A DNA stretch of 64,000 bases, taken from NCBI RefSeq assembly GCF_032444005.1, contig NC_091289.1, positions 199,702,001 through 199,766,000 on the forward strand, read 5' to 3'. Every line of letters starts with the position of its first letter. The stretch's first letter is position 1. The notes under the pieces were generated by a model. The model did not search any database and was not told the DNA's origin. It was given only the letters and a program-made list of their open reading frames with translations. Of the stretch, positions 39,913 to 51,903 are shown one piece after another. Source of the DNA: Ranitomeya imitator (lineage: Eukaryota). Both the position numbers and the translations under genes were made by a program.

Positions 39913-40124
39913 CTGTGCAATAAAATAAGATATAAAGTCATTGATGCGGATGACGGCCTGGAGACGATATAATCCGACTATCAAAGGCGACAGAAATGTA
40001 ATAAATTGGGACCTGAGTGTTAATGATCCTCGTGTGGTGACAGTTACAGGTGTGGACTGTATTGGCTGCCACCAGAGAGCACCAGCATACACATTCAGTA
40101 AACACAAATATGACTAATTCTCAC

Positions 40125-40337
40125 CCCTTTGGTCTTGGCCAGGACGTAGACGGTATTTTTGATGGTATCGGTGGGAATGATGTCGCTGTTATCGCCCTCC
40201 AGGTAATCCTTCTTGGAGCTGAGGGTGAGCTCCACCGAGGCCTCGATCTCCCGGATGTAATGCCTGTCGCCGTCTCTCCGGATCTGCAGAACTTTCACAG
40301 CGTTCTTCCCATAACCTGTCCGCACAAACTCCACGTC
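40125..40337 (-). CDS. uox: Urate oxidase exon 2
   Basis: TTCTTCCAG|[23 protein letters not shown]...[23 protein letters not shown]|gtgaga; includes the catalytic Lys and Thr motifs; 213 nt. Confidence 0.97.
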
Positions 40338-40544
40338 CTGGAAGAACAAAAATCAGGGAGAATAAAAGCAAAGTGTCATGTCAGTGATGAGAAGCCGATG
40401 CTGCACCTTGTGGGGTCGTCCCGATGTACGGACCCTGCAGAGGATCAGAGAAAGCCAAGAAATGTGGGCGATATCCGGCAGCCCCCCGATTAGAACTTGC
40501 AGTTTTTATTCTGAGGGTCTCGTAGTAGCGGAGAGCAGGGGCTT

Positions 40545-40922
40545 CTGTAGGGGGCGTCTGTACGGGGCTTCTGAACAGGGCTTCTGTACGGGGCGTCTGT
40601 ACGGGGCTTTTGTGTGGGGCGTCTGTACGGGGCGTCTGTACGGGGCTTCTGTACGGGGCGTCTGTACGGGGCTTCTCTACGGGGCTTCTCTACGGGGCGT
40701 CTGTACGGGGCGTCTGTACGTGGCGTCTGTACGTGGCTTCTGTAAGGGGCTTCTCTACGGGGCTTCTGTAGGGGGTGTCTGTAGGGGGCGTCTGTAGGGG
40801 GCTTCTGTACGGGGCTTTTGTGTGGGGCTTCTGTACGGGGCGTCTCTACGGGGCTTCTGTACGGGGCGTCTCTACGGGGCTTCTGTACGGGGCGTCTCTA
40901 TGGGGCGTCTGTACGGGGCGTC
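40545..40922. repeat. 13-bp minisatellite in uox intron 1
   Basis: Unit GGGGCGTCTGTAC / GGGGCTTCTGTAC. Confidence 0.92.
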
Positions 40923-41479
40923 TGGATACATCGGAGCTGTAAGTCGCCCGTTCACATCCACAGCTTTCTGCTTTTTTTTCTCACCAGACCTTGGAGATTT
41001 ACCTTCTGTCCATCAGATGGTTCCTGAAATCTGGGCCCTTATATTTGGTGCTCACTGGTAATTAATCAGAGCTGCCTAAAAACACACCCACTTGATAAAA
41101 ACTAGAAAAAGTAACGGTAACTATAAAGCTCCAAATCTCAGGAACCGTTTAAGAAAAAACCCAGGGAAGCATCGGGAATGAAATAAGAGCAAACACTGGA
41201 GACGGCTTTTCGGTAGGGGGCAGTGTGAACGGAGCCTGAGAAGACGACATTGGGGACGTCTATGATCAGAGAACCGCCATCTCCAGAACGACTGGATGTC
41301 ATAGAGGCCACAGCAGCTCGTGATGTGCGGCCACGGAGCGGGATCTGCCCTGCAGGAACACTGCACCGAGAATAGGGCAACTATTGTCCTAGTAATTGGG
41401 TTCGTAATTCACTGTGGTGTAAAACAGCGGGAAAGACGAGCCGCAGACTGCGAGGATATGAGCACTGCCGGCCCCAAGC

Positions 41480-42165
41480 ATCAGCAGCCGCCCCCGAGGA
41501 ACATCCGCCCCAGAGCAACAATCACCCCCAACACAGGAGCCACCCCTGAGGAGCAGGCGCCCCCGAGCAGTAGCCGCCCTGAGGAGCAGCCACCCCTGAG
41601 GAGCAGCAGTAGCCATCCCTGAGGAGCAGCTGCACCAAACAGTAGCCGCCCTGAGGAGCAGCCACCCCCGAGTAGTGGCCGTCCTGAGGAGCAGCCACCC
41701 CTGAAGAGCAGCAGCCACCCCAGAGGAGCAGGCGCCGCCAAGCAGTAGATGCCCTGAGCAGCCACCCCCAAGCAGTGGCCGCCTTGAGCAGTAGCACCCA
41801 CCCCTGAGCAGTAGCAGCCACCCCTGGGCAGTAGCAGCCACCCCTGAGCAGTAGCAGCCACCCCTGGGCAGTAGCAGCCACCCCTGAGGAGCAGCAGCCA
41901 CCCCTGAGGAGCAGCAGCAGCCACCCCCGAGCATTAGCCAGCCTGAGGAGCAGCCACCCCTGATCAGTAGCAGCCAACCCTTGAGGAGCAGCTGCCCCCG
42001 AGCAGTAGCCGCCCCCAAGCAGTAGCAGCCACCCCCGAGCAGTGGCCGTCCTGAGGAGCAGCTGCACCTGAACAGTAGCCGCCCTGAGGAGCAGCCGCCC
42101 CCGAGCAGTAGCGACCCTGAGCAGTAGCTGCCCCTAAACAGTAGCCGCCCCTGAGCAGTAGCAGC
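41480..42165. repeat. Degenerate ~18-21-bp CAG-rich minisatellite in uox intron 1
   Basis: Recurrent GAGCAGTAGCAGCCACCCCT motif. Confidence 0.88.
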
Positions 42166-43154
42166 CTTGTCTCCATGTCACAGTCTCCGTGCAGGAACGT
42201 CACCAATCATGAGGACACTACACAGGTCTCCTGCGAGGCAGTGGGGCGCAGCGGTACCTGGAACACTGCTCTGACCTCGTAGGCACCTGGTGGAAATATC
42301 ATTATACTCGCAGTCTAAATCCACGTACAATGTGGGTAATGTGTGCGCATATGTAACCAATGTGTTTCATAGCAGTACTAGCATTGTGTGCAGAATTGCG
42401 ATGTGTATATATACTGTATGTGTGCATAATGTGTATACGAGTGTACATGTATAAATGTGTAATATATATATGTTTTATATAGCAGTGCTAATAATGTGTG
42501 GAGCACTGTGGTATGCAGATGTGTGTAATGTATGTGTATATATTTATATATACGCACACTGTATATGTGTTTTGTAGAGTTCTCTTTCTGTTCTCCATGC
42601 TTACTGACACACAATGCAAAAACTGAGTCAACTTTTCCCCTTTTTATCCGGTTTCAGGTGCGATTTTCATATTGCCCACACCTGTTACTTGCCACAGGTG
42701 AGTGTGAACGAGCATCGCATGCTTGAAGCAAAGTTGTTTACCCACAAGTTTGGAAAGGTGCCAACAATATTGTCTGGATTATTTTTGACGTTTTGTGTTC
42801 TATATAGCGGTACTAATGACGTGCAGTGTTGCGGTATGTGTAGTGTATACGAGTGTAACATGTATAGATATATGTGTGTGTCCTATATAGCGGTACTAAT
42901 AACGTGCACCGTGTTGCGGTGTGTTATGATCTTCCAAATTGAGAACTTGTGGGTAAATTGAATGTGTGCACTTGGGGGGGATTATCAGTGAGTTTGTGCC
43001 CCGGATGAAGACCTGCCTTCCTTCCTCTCGGGGTGGGCTATATTAGATGGGTTCCCATTTTTCGGAGACCTGCGGTGCCCACTGTGAGAGGCACTCACTC
43101 ATGATGTTGGGGGGCACAAGATGCATTTCTCTTCATGTATCGGGTCGCTGTTAC

Positions 43155-43184
43155 CTTGAACGATCTCCTGTAGGTCTGTGCCAT
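43155..43184 (-). CDS. uox: Urate oxidase exon 1 coding part (MAQTYRRSFK)
   Basis: Kozak AAGG-ATG-G, 10 codons, phase-0 donor AAG|GTAACA matching the phase-0 acceptor of exon 2; completes a 909-nt CDS (302 aa + stop). Confidence 0.8.
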
Positions 43185-43270
43185 CCTTCGATCAGTGTCC
43201 GGAGCAGTGCAATGCCAGCTGTGTGTGCAGGAGCCCGGAGGGGCCCGGTTGGGGGGCAGCTATTGTACGC

Positions 43271-43364
43271 GGACTTTGGGCCAATCCGCTTCTGTTTGTT
43301 CGGTTGAACAGTAACCTCAACTCGGGGGTCACCGATCTCTGATCGGGGTCAGTTATTTGTTAAC
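43271..43364 (-). promoter_or_regulatory. uox: Putative hepatocyte-type uox promoter (HNF4-like and HNF1-like motifs)
   Basis: Minus strand CCAAAGTCC (43271-43279) and GTTAACAAATAAC (43352-43364; 2 mismatches to GTTAATNATTAAC), 90-180 nt upstream of the ATG. Motif match only. Confidence 0.4.
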
Positions 43365-43704
43365 TAGAAGCTTCTCTCACGGACATTTTCTAGCGAAAAA
43401 AAAATATCTACAAATGTTCCGGCCGTTCCGCATCGATCGCGGAGGCGGCTTCTCAGTAAATGGATAAAAGCCGCCATGACTTTAAACTTTGGCATGAAAA
43501 GAAAAAACGGGAGATTATGAGGCTGAAATATCGTATCCTGGATCTCGCGTCTACAGATCCGGCCGATCCTTCAGAACGGACAATTTTCCACTTTAGCTTT
43601 TCCTGTGAGTTTTTTCGGGACGACTTGTAGTTTCTAATGACACCTTTCATTTATTGTACTGGAAAATGGAAACAAATCCAAATGTGATGAAATGGTGAAA
43701 AACA

Positions 43705-46700
43705 ATTCCCCCCGATGCTCATTGTTTTCTTTTTGGGCCGTTCATTGTGGGTGACGATTCCCCCGATGCTCGTTGTTTTCTTTTTGGGCCGTTCATTGTG
43801 GGTGACGATTCCCCCGATGCTCATTGTGTTTTCTTTTTGGGCCATTCATTGTGGGTGACGATTCCCCCGATGCTCGTTGTGTTTTCTTTTTGGGCCGTTC
43901 ATTGTGGGTGAGGATTCCCCGGTTCTCATTGTTTTCTTTTTGGGCCGTTCATTGTGGGTGACGATTCCCCCGATGCTCGTTGTGTTTTCTTTTTGGGCCG
44001 TTCATTGTGGGTGACGATTCCCCCGATGCTCGTTGTGTTTTCCTTTTGGGCCGTTCATTGTGGGTGACGATTCCCCCGATGCTCGTTGTGTTTTCTTTTT
44101 GGGCCGTTCATTGTGGGTGACGATTCCCCCGATGCTCATTGTGTTTTCTTTTTGGGCCGTTCATTGTGGGTGACGATTCCTCCAATGCTCGTTGTGTTTT
44201 CTTTTTGGGCCCTTCATTGTGGGTGACGATTCCCCCAATGCTCGTTGTGTTTTCTTTTTGGGCCCTTCATTGTGGGTGACAATTCCCCCGGTGCTCGTTG
44301 TGTTTTCTTTTTGGGCCGTTCATTGTGGGTGACGATTCCCCCGATGCTCATTGTTTTCTTTTTGGGCCGTTCATTGTGGGTGACGATTCCCCCCGATGCT
44401 CGTTGTGTTTTCTTTTTGGGCCCTACATTGTGGGTGACGATTCCCCCGATGCTCATTGTTTTCTTTTTGGGCCCTTCATTGTGGGTGACAATTCCCCCGA
44501 TGCTCGTTGTGTTTTCTTTTTGGGCCATTCATCGTGGGTGACGATTCCCCCGGTTCTCATTGTTTTCTTTTTGGGCCCTTCATTGTGGGTGACGATTCCC
44601 CCGATGCTCGTTGTGTTTTCTTTTTGGGCCGTTCATTGTGGGTGACGATTCCCCCGATGCTCGTTGTGTTTTCTTTTTGGGCCGTTCATTGTGGGTGACG
44701 ATTCCCCCGATGCTCGTTGTGTTTTCTTTTTGGGCCGTTCATTGTGGGTGATGATTCCCCCGATGCTCGTTGTGTTTTCTTTTTGGGCCGTTCATTGTGG
44801 GTGACGATTCCCCCGATGCTCGTTGTGTTTTCTTTTTGGGCCGTTCATTGTGGGTGACGATTCCCCCGATGCTCGTTGTGTTTTCTTTTTGGGCCCTACA
44901 TTGTGGATGACGATTCCCCCGGTGCTCATTGTGTTTTTCTTTTTGGGCCGTTCATTGTGGGTGACGATTCTCCCGATGCTCGTTGTGTTTTCTTTTTGGG
45001 CCGTTCATTGTGGGTGACGATTCCCCCGATGCTCGTTGTGTTTTCTTTTTGGGCCGTTCATTGTGGGTGACGATTCCCCCGATGCTCGTTGTGTTTTCTT
45101 TTTGGGCCGTTCATGGTGGGTGACGATTCCCCCGATGCTCGTTGTGTTTTCTTTTTGGGCCGTTCATTGTGGGTGACGATTCCCCCGATGCTCGTTGTGT
45201 TTTCTTTTTGGGCCCTACATTGTGGATGACGATTCCCCCGGTGCTCATTGTGTTTTTCTTTTTGGGCCGTTCATTGTGGGTGACGATTCCCCCGATGCTC
45301 ATTGTGTTTTCTTTTTGGGCCGTTCATTGTGGGTGACGATTCCCCCGATGCTCGTTGTGTTTTCTTTTTGGGCCGTTCATTGTGGGTGACGATTCCCCCG
45401 ATGCTCGTTGTGTTTTCTTTTTGGGCCCTACATTGTGGGTGACGATTCCCCCGGTGCTCATTGTGTTTTTCTTTTTGGGCCGTTCATTGTGGGTGACGAT
45501 TCTCCCGATGCTCGTTGTGTTTTCTTTTTGGGCCGTTCATTGTGGGTGACGATTCCCCCGATGCTCGTTGTTTTCTTTTTGGGCTGTTCATTGTGGGTGA
45601 CGATTCTCCCGATGCTCATTGTTTTTCTTTTTGGGCCGTTCATGGTGGGTGACGATTCCCCCGGTGCTCATTGTGTTTTTCTTTTTGGGCCGTTCATTGT
45701 GGGTGACGATTCTCCCGATGCTCATTGTTTTTCTTTTTGGGCCGTTCATGGTGGGTGACGATTCCCCCGATGCTCATTGTTTTTCTTTTTGGGCCGTTCA
45801 TTGTGGGTGACGATTCTCCCGATGCTCATTGTTTTTCTTTTTGGGCCGTTCATGGTGGGTGACGATTCCCCCGGTGCTCATTGTGTTTTTCTTTTTGGGC
45901 CGTTCATTGTGGGTGACGATTCTCCCGATGCTCATTGTTTTTCTTTTTGGGCCGTTCATGGTGGGTGACGATTCCCCCGATGCTCATTGTTTTTCTTTTT
46001 GGGCCGTTCATTGTGGGTGACGATTCTCCCGATGCTCATTGTTTTTCTTTTTGGGCCGTTCATGGTGGGTGACGATTCCCCCGGTGCTCATTGTGTTTTT
46101 CTTTTTGGGCCGTTCATTGTGGGTGACGATTCCCCCGATGCTCGTTGTGTTTTCTTTTTGGGCCCTACATTGTGGGTGACGATTCCCCCGGTGCTCATTG
46201 TGTTTTTCTTTTTGGGCCGTTCATTGTGGGTGACGATTCCCCCGATGCTCGTTGTGTTTTCTTTTTGGGCCGTTCATTGTGGGTGACGATTCCCCCGATG
46301 CTCGTTGTGTTTTCTTTTTGGGCCCTACATTGTGGGTGACGATTCCCCCGGTGCTCATTGTGTTTTTCTTTTTGGGCCGTTCATTGTGGGTGACGATTCT
46401 CCCGATGCTCGTTGTGTTTTCTTTTTGGGCCGTTCATTGTGGGTGACGATTCCCCCGATGCTCGTTGTTTTCTTTTTGGGCTGTTCATTGTGGGTGACGA
46501 TTCTCCCGATGCTCATTGTTTTTCTTTTTGGGCCGTTCATGGTGGGTGACGATTCCCCCGGTGCTCATTGTGTTTTTCTTTTTGGGCCGTTCATTGTGGG
46601 TGACGATTCTCCCGATGCTCATTGTTTTTCTTTTTGGGCCGTTCATGGTGGGTGACGATTCCCCCGATGCTCATTGTTTTTCTTTTTGGGCCGTTCATTG

Positions 46701-47035
46701 TGGGTGACGATTCTCCCGATGCTCATTGTTTTTCTTTTTGGGCCGTTCATGGTGGGTGACGATTCCCCCGGTGCTCATTGTGTTTTTCTTTTTGGGCCGT
46801 TCATTGTGGGTGACGATTCTCCCGATGCTCATTGTTTTTCTTTTTGGGCCGTTCATTGTGGGTGACGATTCTCCCGATGCTCATTGTTTTTCTTTTTGGG
46901 CCGTTCATTGTGGGTGACGATTCTCCCGATGCTCATTGTTTTTCTTTTTGGGCCGTTCATGGTGGGTGACGATTCCCCCGGTGCTCGTTGTGTTTTCTTT
47001 TTGGGCCGTTCATTGTGGGTGACGATTCCCCCGGT
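43705..47035. repeat. 52-54-bp minisatellite (~63 copies) between the divergent uox and dnase2b starts
   Basis: Unit TGGGCCGTTCATTGTGGGTGACGATTCCCCCGATGCTCGTTGTGTTTTCTTTT (53 bp). Confidence 0.97.
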
Positions 47036-47527
47036 CAGCACTGTTACCCCAATATCAGATGTGGGGCAAATGCAACATTGCTGATTTTTACTGCACTTTT
47101 TGGGGAGGTTCGTTGGCTGAAAAATGACAATTCTGGCTTTTTGATTATTTTTCTCTTTAATTAACCTTACATTTCGGAGCTTTGCAGAAGTGGAAATACC
47201 AAATAGATTTTATTTTTTGATTGGGGAAGGGAGGCGCAATGTAAACTTTTGTATTTTTTTTTTAATATTTAAAACTCTTTTTTTACCAATTTGTATTTTA
47301 GTCGCCCCCAGGGACCGTGACTCTGGGGTCATTTGTGCGATCCTCTGCAGCAGAGGCTTCTGTAGATTGTGGGTTCCACAGCAATCATACAGTTATCATC
47401 TATCCCACGGCAAGGAACTGTTTTGTGTGTCTGGCCCTTTAACCAGTTTGTGACCAGTCAGACACGTGGGCGCCCAGTAACAGAATGGTGCTGGGACATT
47501 TCCACTTTCCCGGCAGCAAACGACGAG

Positions 47528-47549
47528 ATCACATGATTTCACTTCCTGC
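47528..47549 (+). promoter_or_regulatory. dnase2b: Putative dnase2b proximal motifs (M-box/CLEAR-like E-box plus ETS)
   Basis: ATCACATGAT (47528-47537) followed by CACTTCCTG, 60-80 nt upstream of the ATG. Confidence 0.35.
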
Positions 47550-47607
47550 TGAACATGAGAGGACGGGACTTCTCCTTTACAGCCATTCTTGAACCATTCG
47601 GGGGATC

Positions 47608-47708
47608 ATGTCCGGCAGCCGCTTCCTGTCTGTGCTCGGTGTGATCGGCGTCTCTCTGGTGACATGTGAGATCGCGTGTCGCAATGAAGGTGGAGATCCC
47701 GTAGACTG
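47608..47708 (+). CDS. dnase2b: Deoxyribonuclease II beta exon 1 (signal peptide + start of mature protein)
   Basis: MSGSRFLSVLGVIGVSLVTCEIACRNEGGDPVD-TG|gtaggt; the I-x-C-R-N-E-x-G-x-x-V-D-W motif is diagnostic of the DNase II N-terminus. Missed by the ORF track. Confidence 0.92.
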
Positions 47709-48106
47709 GTAGGTGATCAACACTGATCGGATCCACAGGAATCACTGATCGTTAGATTCACCTCATTATAAGGCTGCGTTATTTAAAAAACACTGCAAAA
47801 TCTGTGCAGTTCTATCGCAGCTAAATAGCGAGGCTGCAATGTGTGAACGCAGCTATAAGAACACGGACAGATCAGGATCAGCCCCTCCATGCAATGCACA
47901 GCCCTACTGAACGGGGGCATCTGCTGCCCTGAAATCTGGGAAAGAAGAGTGAAGGTATCGCAGGGCTGGACTACTTGTGCTGCAGCCCCCCTTGTACTCC
48001 TGTGGCCGGGGACCCTCTATTCTCTGGTATTGTGGGGCCCCAGAGAACAGACTACCCCCCCCCCCCCCCCCCAGACCTATTCCTGAATCCAGCGGATGTC
48101 ACTATA

Positions 48107-49020
48107 GATCCCAGTACAATACTGGTCCCCGGTCTGTATGGATCCCAGTACAATACTGGTCCCCGGTCTGTATGGATCCCAGTACAATACTGGTCCCCGG
48201 TCTGTATGGATCCCAGTACAATACTGGTCCCCGGTCTGTATGGATCCCAGTACAATACTGGTCCCCGGTCTGTATGGATCCCAGTACAATACTGGTCCCC
48301 GGTCTGTATGGATCCCAGTACAATACTGGTCCCCGGTCTGTATGGATCCCAGTACAATACTGGTCCCCGGTCTGTATGGATCCCAGTACAATACTGGTCC
48401 CCGGTCTGTATGGATCCCAGTACAATACTGGTCCCCGGTCTGTATGGATCCCAGTACAATACTGGTCCCCGGTCTGTATGGATCCCAGTACAATACTGGT
48501 CCCCGGTCTGTATGGATCCCAGTACAATACTGGTCCCCGGTCTGTATGGATCCCAGTACAATACTGGTCCCCGGTCTGTATGGATCCCAGTACAATACTG
48601 GTCCCCGGTCTGTATGGATCCCAGTACAATACTGGTCCCCGGTCTGTATGGATCCCAGTACAATACTGGTCCCCGGTCTGTATGGATCCCAGTACAATAC
48701 TGGTCCCCGGTCTGTATGGATCCCAGTACAATACTGGTCCCCGGTCTGTATGGATCCCAGTACAATACTGGTCCCCGGTCTGTATAGATCCCAGTACAAT
48801 ACTGGTCCCCGGTCTGTATAGATCCCTGTACAATACTGGTCCCCGGTCTGTATAGATCCCAGTACAATAATGGCCCCCGGTCTGTATGGATCCCAGTACA
48901 ATACTGGTCCCCGGTCTGTATGGATCCCAGTACAATACTGGTCCCCGGTCTGTATAGATCCCTGTACAATACTGGTCCCCGGTCTGTATAGATCCCAGTA
49001 CAATAATGGCCCCCGGTCTG
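48107..49020. repeat. 34-bp highly homogeneous minisatellite (~27 copies), dnase2b intron 1
   Basis: Unit GATCCCAGTACAATACTGGTCCCCGGTCTGTATG; preceded by a C18 run at 48055-48072. Confidence 0.97.
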
Positions 49021-49176
49021 TAGCGATCCGATGTGTCAGCACAGAGTTCAAGAAGTGCAATGGGGTGTTGAATACAGAAACAGTACCTGGACACGCCCCC
49101 AATGCACTTCCAAGCTTATTTGCATGTGGTTTCAATACTTGATTTCTCAGTGCCGCCACATTGGACCAGGATCAGG

Positions 49177-49182
49177 TTTATT
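49177..49182 (-). terminator. ppil1: Candidate ppil1 polyadenylation signal
   Basis: First minus-strand AATAAA I found downstream of the ppil1 stop (~2.7 kb away). Confidence 0.3.
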
Positions 49183-49589
49183 GTACTGGGACCCGTGTAC
49201 ACGTCCAGTTTTGTAGGAAAACCCTCAGACAGATCCCTGTATGCAGCACCTGGGTCTGGACCCATCAGTATCTAGTGTGAACAGTCACCTGCACTTGATG
49301 GCCGCGTCACGTGGCTGCAGTCGTGTCCGATTCTTCGGGGCTCAGCCTCCAACATATGTAATAAACACGTCCGGCACCGGACCTCACACCACTGGCTGCA
49401 GCCCCCCGCATGCTGTGGGGGAGTAGGAGGCCGGACCCTAAACTTTATGGCAGTCTTAAGGATTTAACCTGATGGGATCTTTCTACCTACGGTGCAGATT
49501 TTTTTTGCAGAGATTTTAATTAGTGAAAAAAATATATATACACAAAAATATGTAAAAAAGAAAAAGGCCCTCATGCAAAATTCCAGGGG

Positions 49590-51330
49590 GAGACTATGAT
49601 GGGGGCCTCAGGGTCCCAGCGCACAGAAGAGTCTGGGGAAGGACGAGTCCGGAAGAGATGACGGGGGTCCCAGCACGCAGAAGAGTCCGGGGGGACGATG
49701 ACGGGGGTCCCAGCACACAGGAGAGTCTGGGGGGGGGGGACGATGATGGGGGGGTCCCAGCACGCAGAAGAGTCTGGGGGGACGATGACAGGGGGTCCCA
49801 GCACGCAGAAGAGTCCGGGGGGGGGGGGGGACGATGATGGGGGCCTCAGCACACAGAAGAGTCTGGGGAAGGACGAGTCTGGGGGGATGATGACGGGGGT
49901 CCCAGCACACAGAAGAGTCCGGGGGGGGAGGGGGGGGGTAGAGCGATGACGGGGGGTCCCAGCGCGCAGAAGAGTCCGGGGGGACGATGACGGGGGGTCC
50001 CAGCGCGCAGAAGAGTCCGGGGGGACGATGACGGGGGGTCCCAGCACGCAGAAGAGTCCGGGGGGACGATGACGGGGGGTCCCAGCACGCAGAAGAGTCC
50101 GGGGGGACGATGACGGGGGGTCCCAGCACGCAGAAGAGTCCGGGGGGACGATGACGGGGGTCCCAGCACGCAGAAGAGTCCGGGGGGACGATGACGGGGG
50201 GGTCCCAGCGCGCAGAAGAGTCCGGGGGGACGATGACGGGGGGTCCCAGCACGCAGAAGAGTCCGGGGGGACAATGACGGGGGGTCCCAGCACGCAGAAG
50301 AGTCCGGGGGGACGATGACGGGGGTCCCAGCACGCAGAAGAGTCCGGGGGGACGATGACGGGGGGTCCCAGCGCGCAGAAGAGTCCGGGGGGACGATGAC
50401 GGGGGGTCCCAGCACGCAGAAGAGTCCGGGGGGACGATGACGGGGGGTCCCAGCACGCAGAAGAGTCCGGGGGGACGATGACGGGGGGTCCCAGCACGCA
50501 GAAGAGTCCGGGGGGACGATGACGGGGGTCCCAGCACGCAGAAGAGTCCGGGGGGACGATGACGGGGGGTCCCAGCGCGCAGAAGAGTCCGCGGGGGGAA
50601 GATGACGGGGGTCCCAGCACGCAGAAGAGTCCGGGGGGATGATGACGGGGGGTCCCACCACGCAGAAGAGTCCGCGGGGGGGGGGGGGGGGGGAAAGATG
50701 ACGGGGGTCCCAGCACGCAGAAGAGTCTGGGGGGATGATGACGGGGGGTCCCAGCACACAGAAGAGTCCGGGGAGGACGACGACGGGGGGGTCCCAGCAC
50801 ACACAAGAGTCCGGGGGGGGGACGACGACGGGGGGTCCCAGCACACACAAGAGTCCGGGGGGGGGGGTTTGACGATGATGGGGGGTCCCAGCACACAGAA
50901 GAGTCCGAGGGGAAACGGTGATGGGGGTCTCAGGGTGCCAGCACACAGAAGAGTCTGGGGAAGGACGAGTCCGGAGAGATGATGACGGGGGTCCCAGCAC
51001 ACAGAAGAGTCCGGGGGGAGACGATGATGGGGGTCTCAGGGTCCCAGCACACAGAAGAGTCTGGGGAAGGACGAGTCCGGAGGAGATGATGACGGGGGTC
51101 CCAGCACACAGAAGAGTCCGGGGGGAAACGGTGATGGGGTCTCAGGGTCCCAGCACACAGAAGAGTCTGGGGAAGGACGAGTCCCGAGAGATGATGATGG
51201 GGGTCCCAGCACACAGAAGAGTCCGGGGGGACGATGACGGGGGGTCCCAGCACACAGAAGAGTCTTTGATGACGGGGGTCCCAGCACACAGAAGAGTCTG
51301 GAGGAATCGATGACGGGGTCCCGGCGGTCC
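49590..51330. repeat. ~40-bp G-tract minisatellite
   Basis: Unit GGGGGTCCCAGCACGCAGAAGAGTCCGGGGGGACGATGAC with variable G-run lengths. Confidence 0.93.
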
Positions 51331-51334
51331 GCCT

Positions 51335-51903
51335 GTCACTTGATGGGGCTCCGGACAGTTGGGCTCCTGTCAGTGGAGGACTCTGGACGTCACTAGGGGG
51401 CTCCGGACGTCACTTGATGGGGTCTGCCTGTCACTTGAGGGCTCCAGACGTCACTGGGGGGCTCCGGTCACTTGATGGGGTCCGCCTGTCACTAGGGGGC
51501 TCCGGTCACTTGATGGCATCCGCCTGTCACTGGGGGGCTCCTGTCAGTTGATGGGGTCTGTCTGTCACTTGGGGGCTCCGGACATCACTGGGGGGCTCCG
51601 GTCACTTGGTGGGGTCCGCCTGTCACTAGGGGGCTCCGGTCAGTTGGCGGAGGCCCGCAGGATCTTCACCTCGTCCCGCGGCCGGTCCTGGCTGTCACTT
51701 GGGGGGGCTCCGGACATCACTGGGGGGCTCCTGTCAGTTGATGGGGTCTGTCTGTCACTGGGGGGCTCCTGTCAGTTGATGGAGCTCCGGTCAGTTGGCG
51801 GAGGCCCGCAGGATCTTCACCTCGTCCCGCGGCCGGTCCTGGCTGTCACTTGGGGGGGCTCCGGACATCACTGGGGGGCTCCTGTCAGTTGATGGAGCTC
51901 CGG
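51335..51903. repeat. Mosaic repeat in the ppil1 3' flank containing two extra copies of the last 17 codons plus stop
   Basis: GTCACT(A/T)GGGGGCTCC-type units; a 53-nt CDS-end copy at 51640-51692 and 51791-51843, identical to 51904-51956. Confidence 0.9.

Noticed and set aside
40975-41050. Alternative uox exon 1 candidate (ATG GAC AGA AG|gtaaat)
   Set aside because: The phase-2 donor is incompatible with the phase-0 exon 2; 43155-43184 fits in phase and sequence.
42658-42697. + strand 40-nt pseudo-exon (TTTCAG|...CACAG|GTGAGT) antisense in uox intron 1
   Set aside because: Good splice signals, but no partner exons, frame or homology; cannot be supported without RNA data.
15836-43184. uox as a pseudogene (as in hominoids, or disrupted by the 21-kb intron)
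   Set aside because: All 8 exons have canonical GT-AG junctions in compatible phases, an open 302-aa frame, catalytic motifs and SKL.
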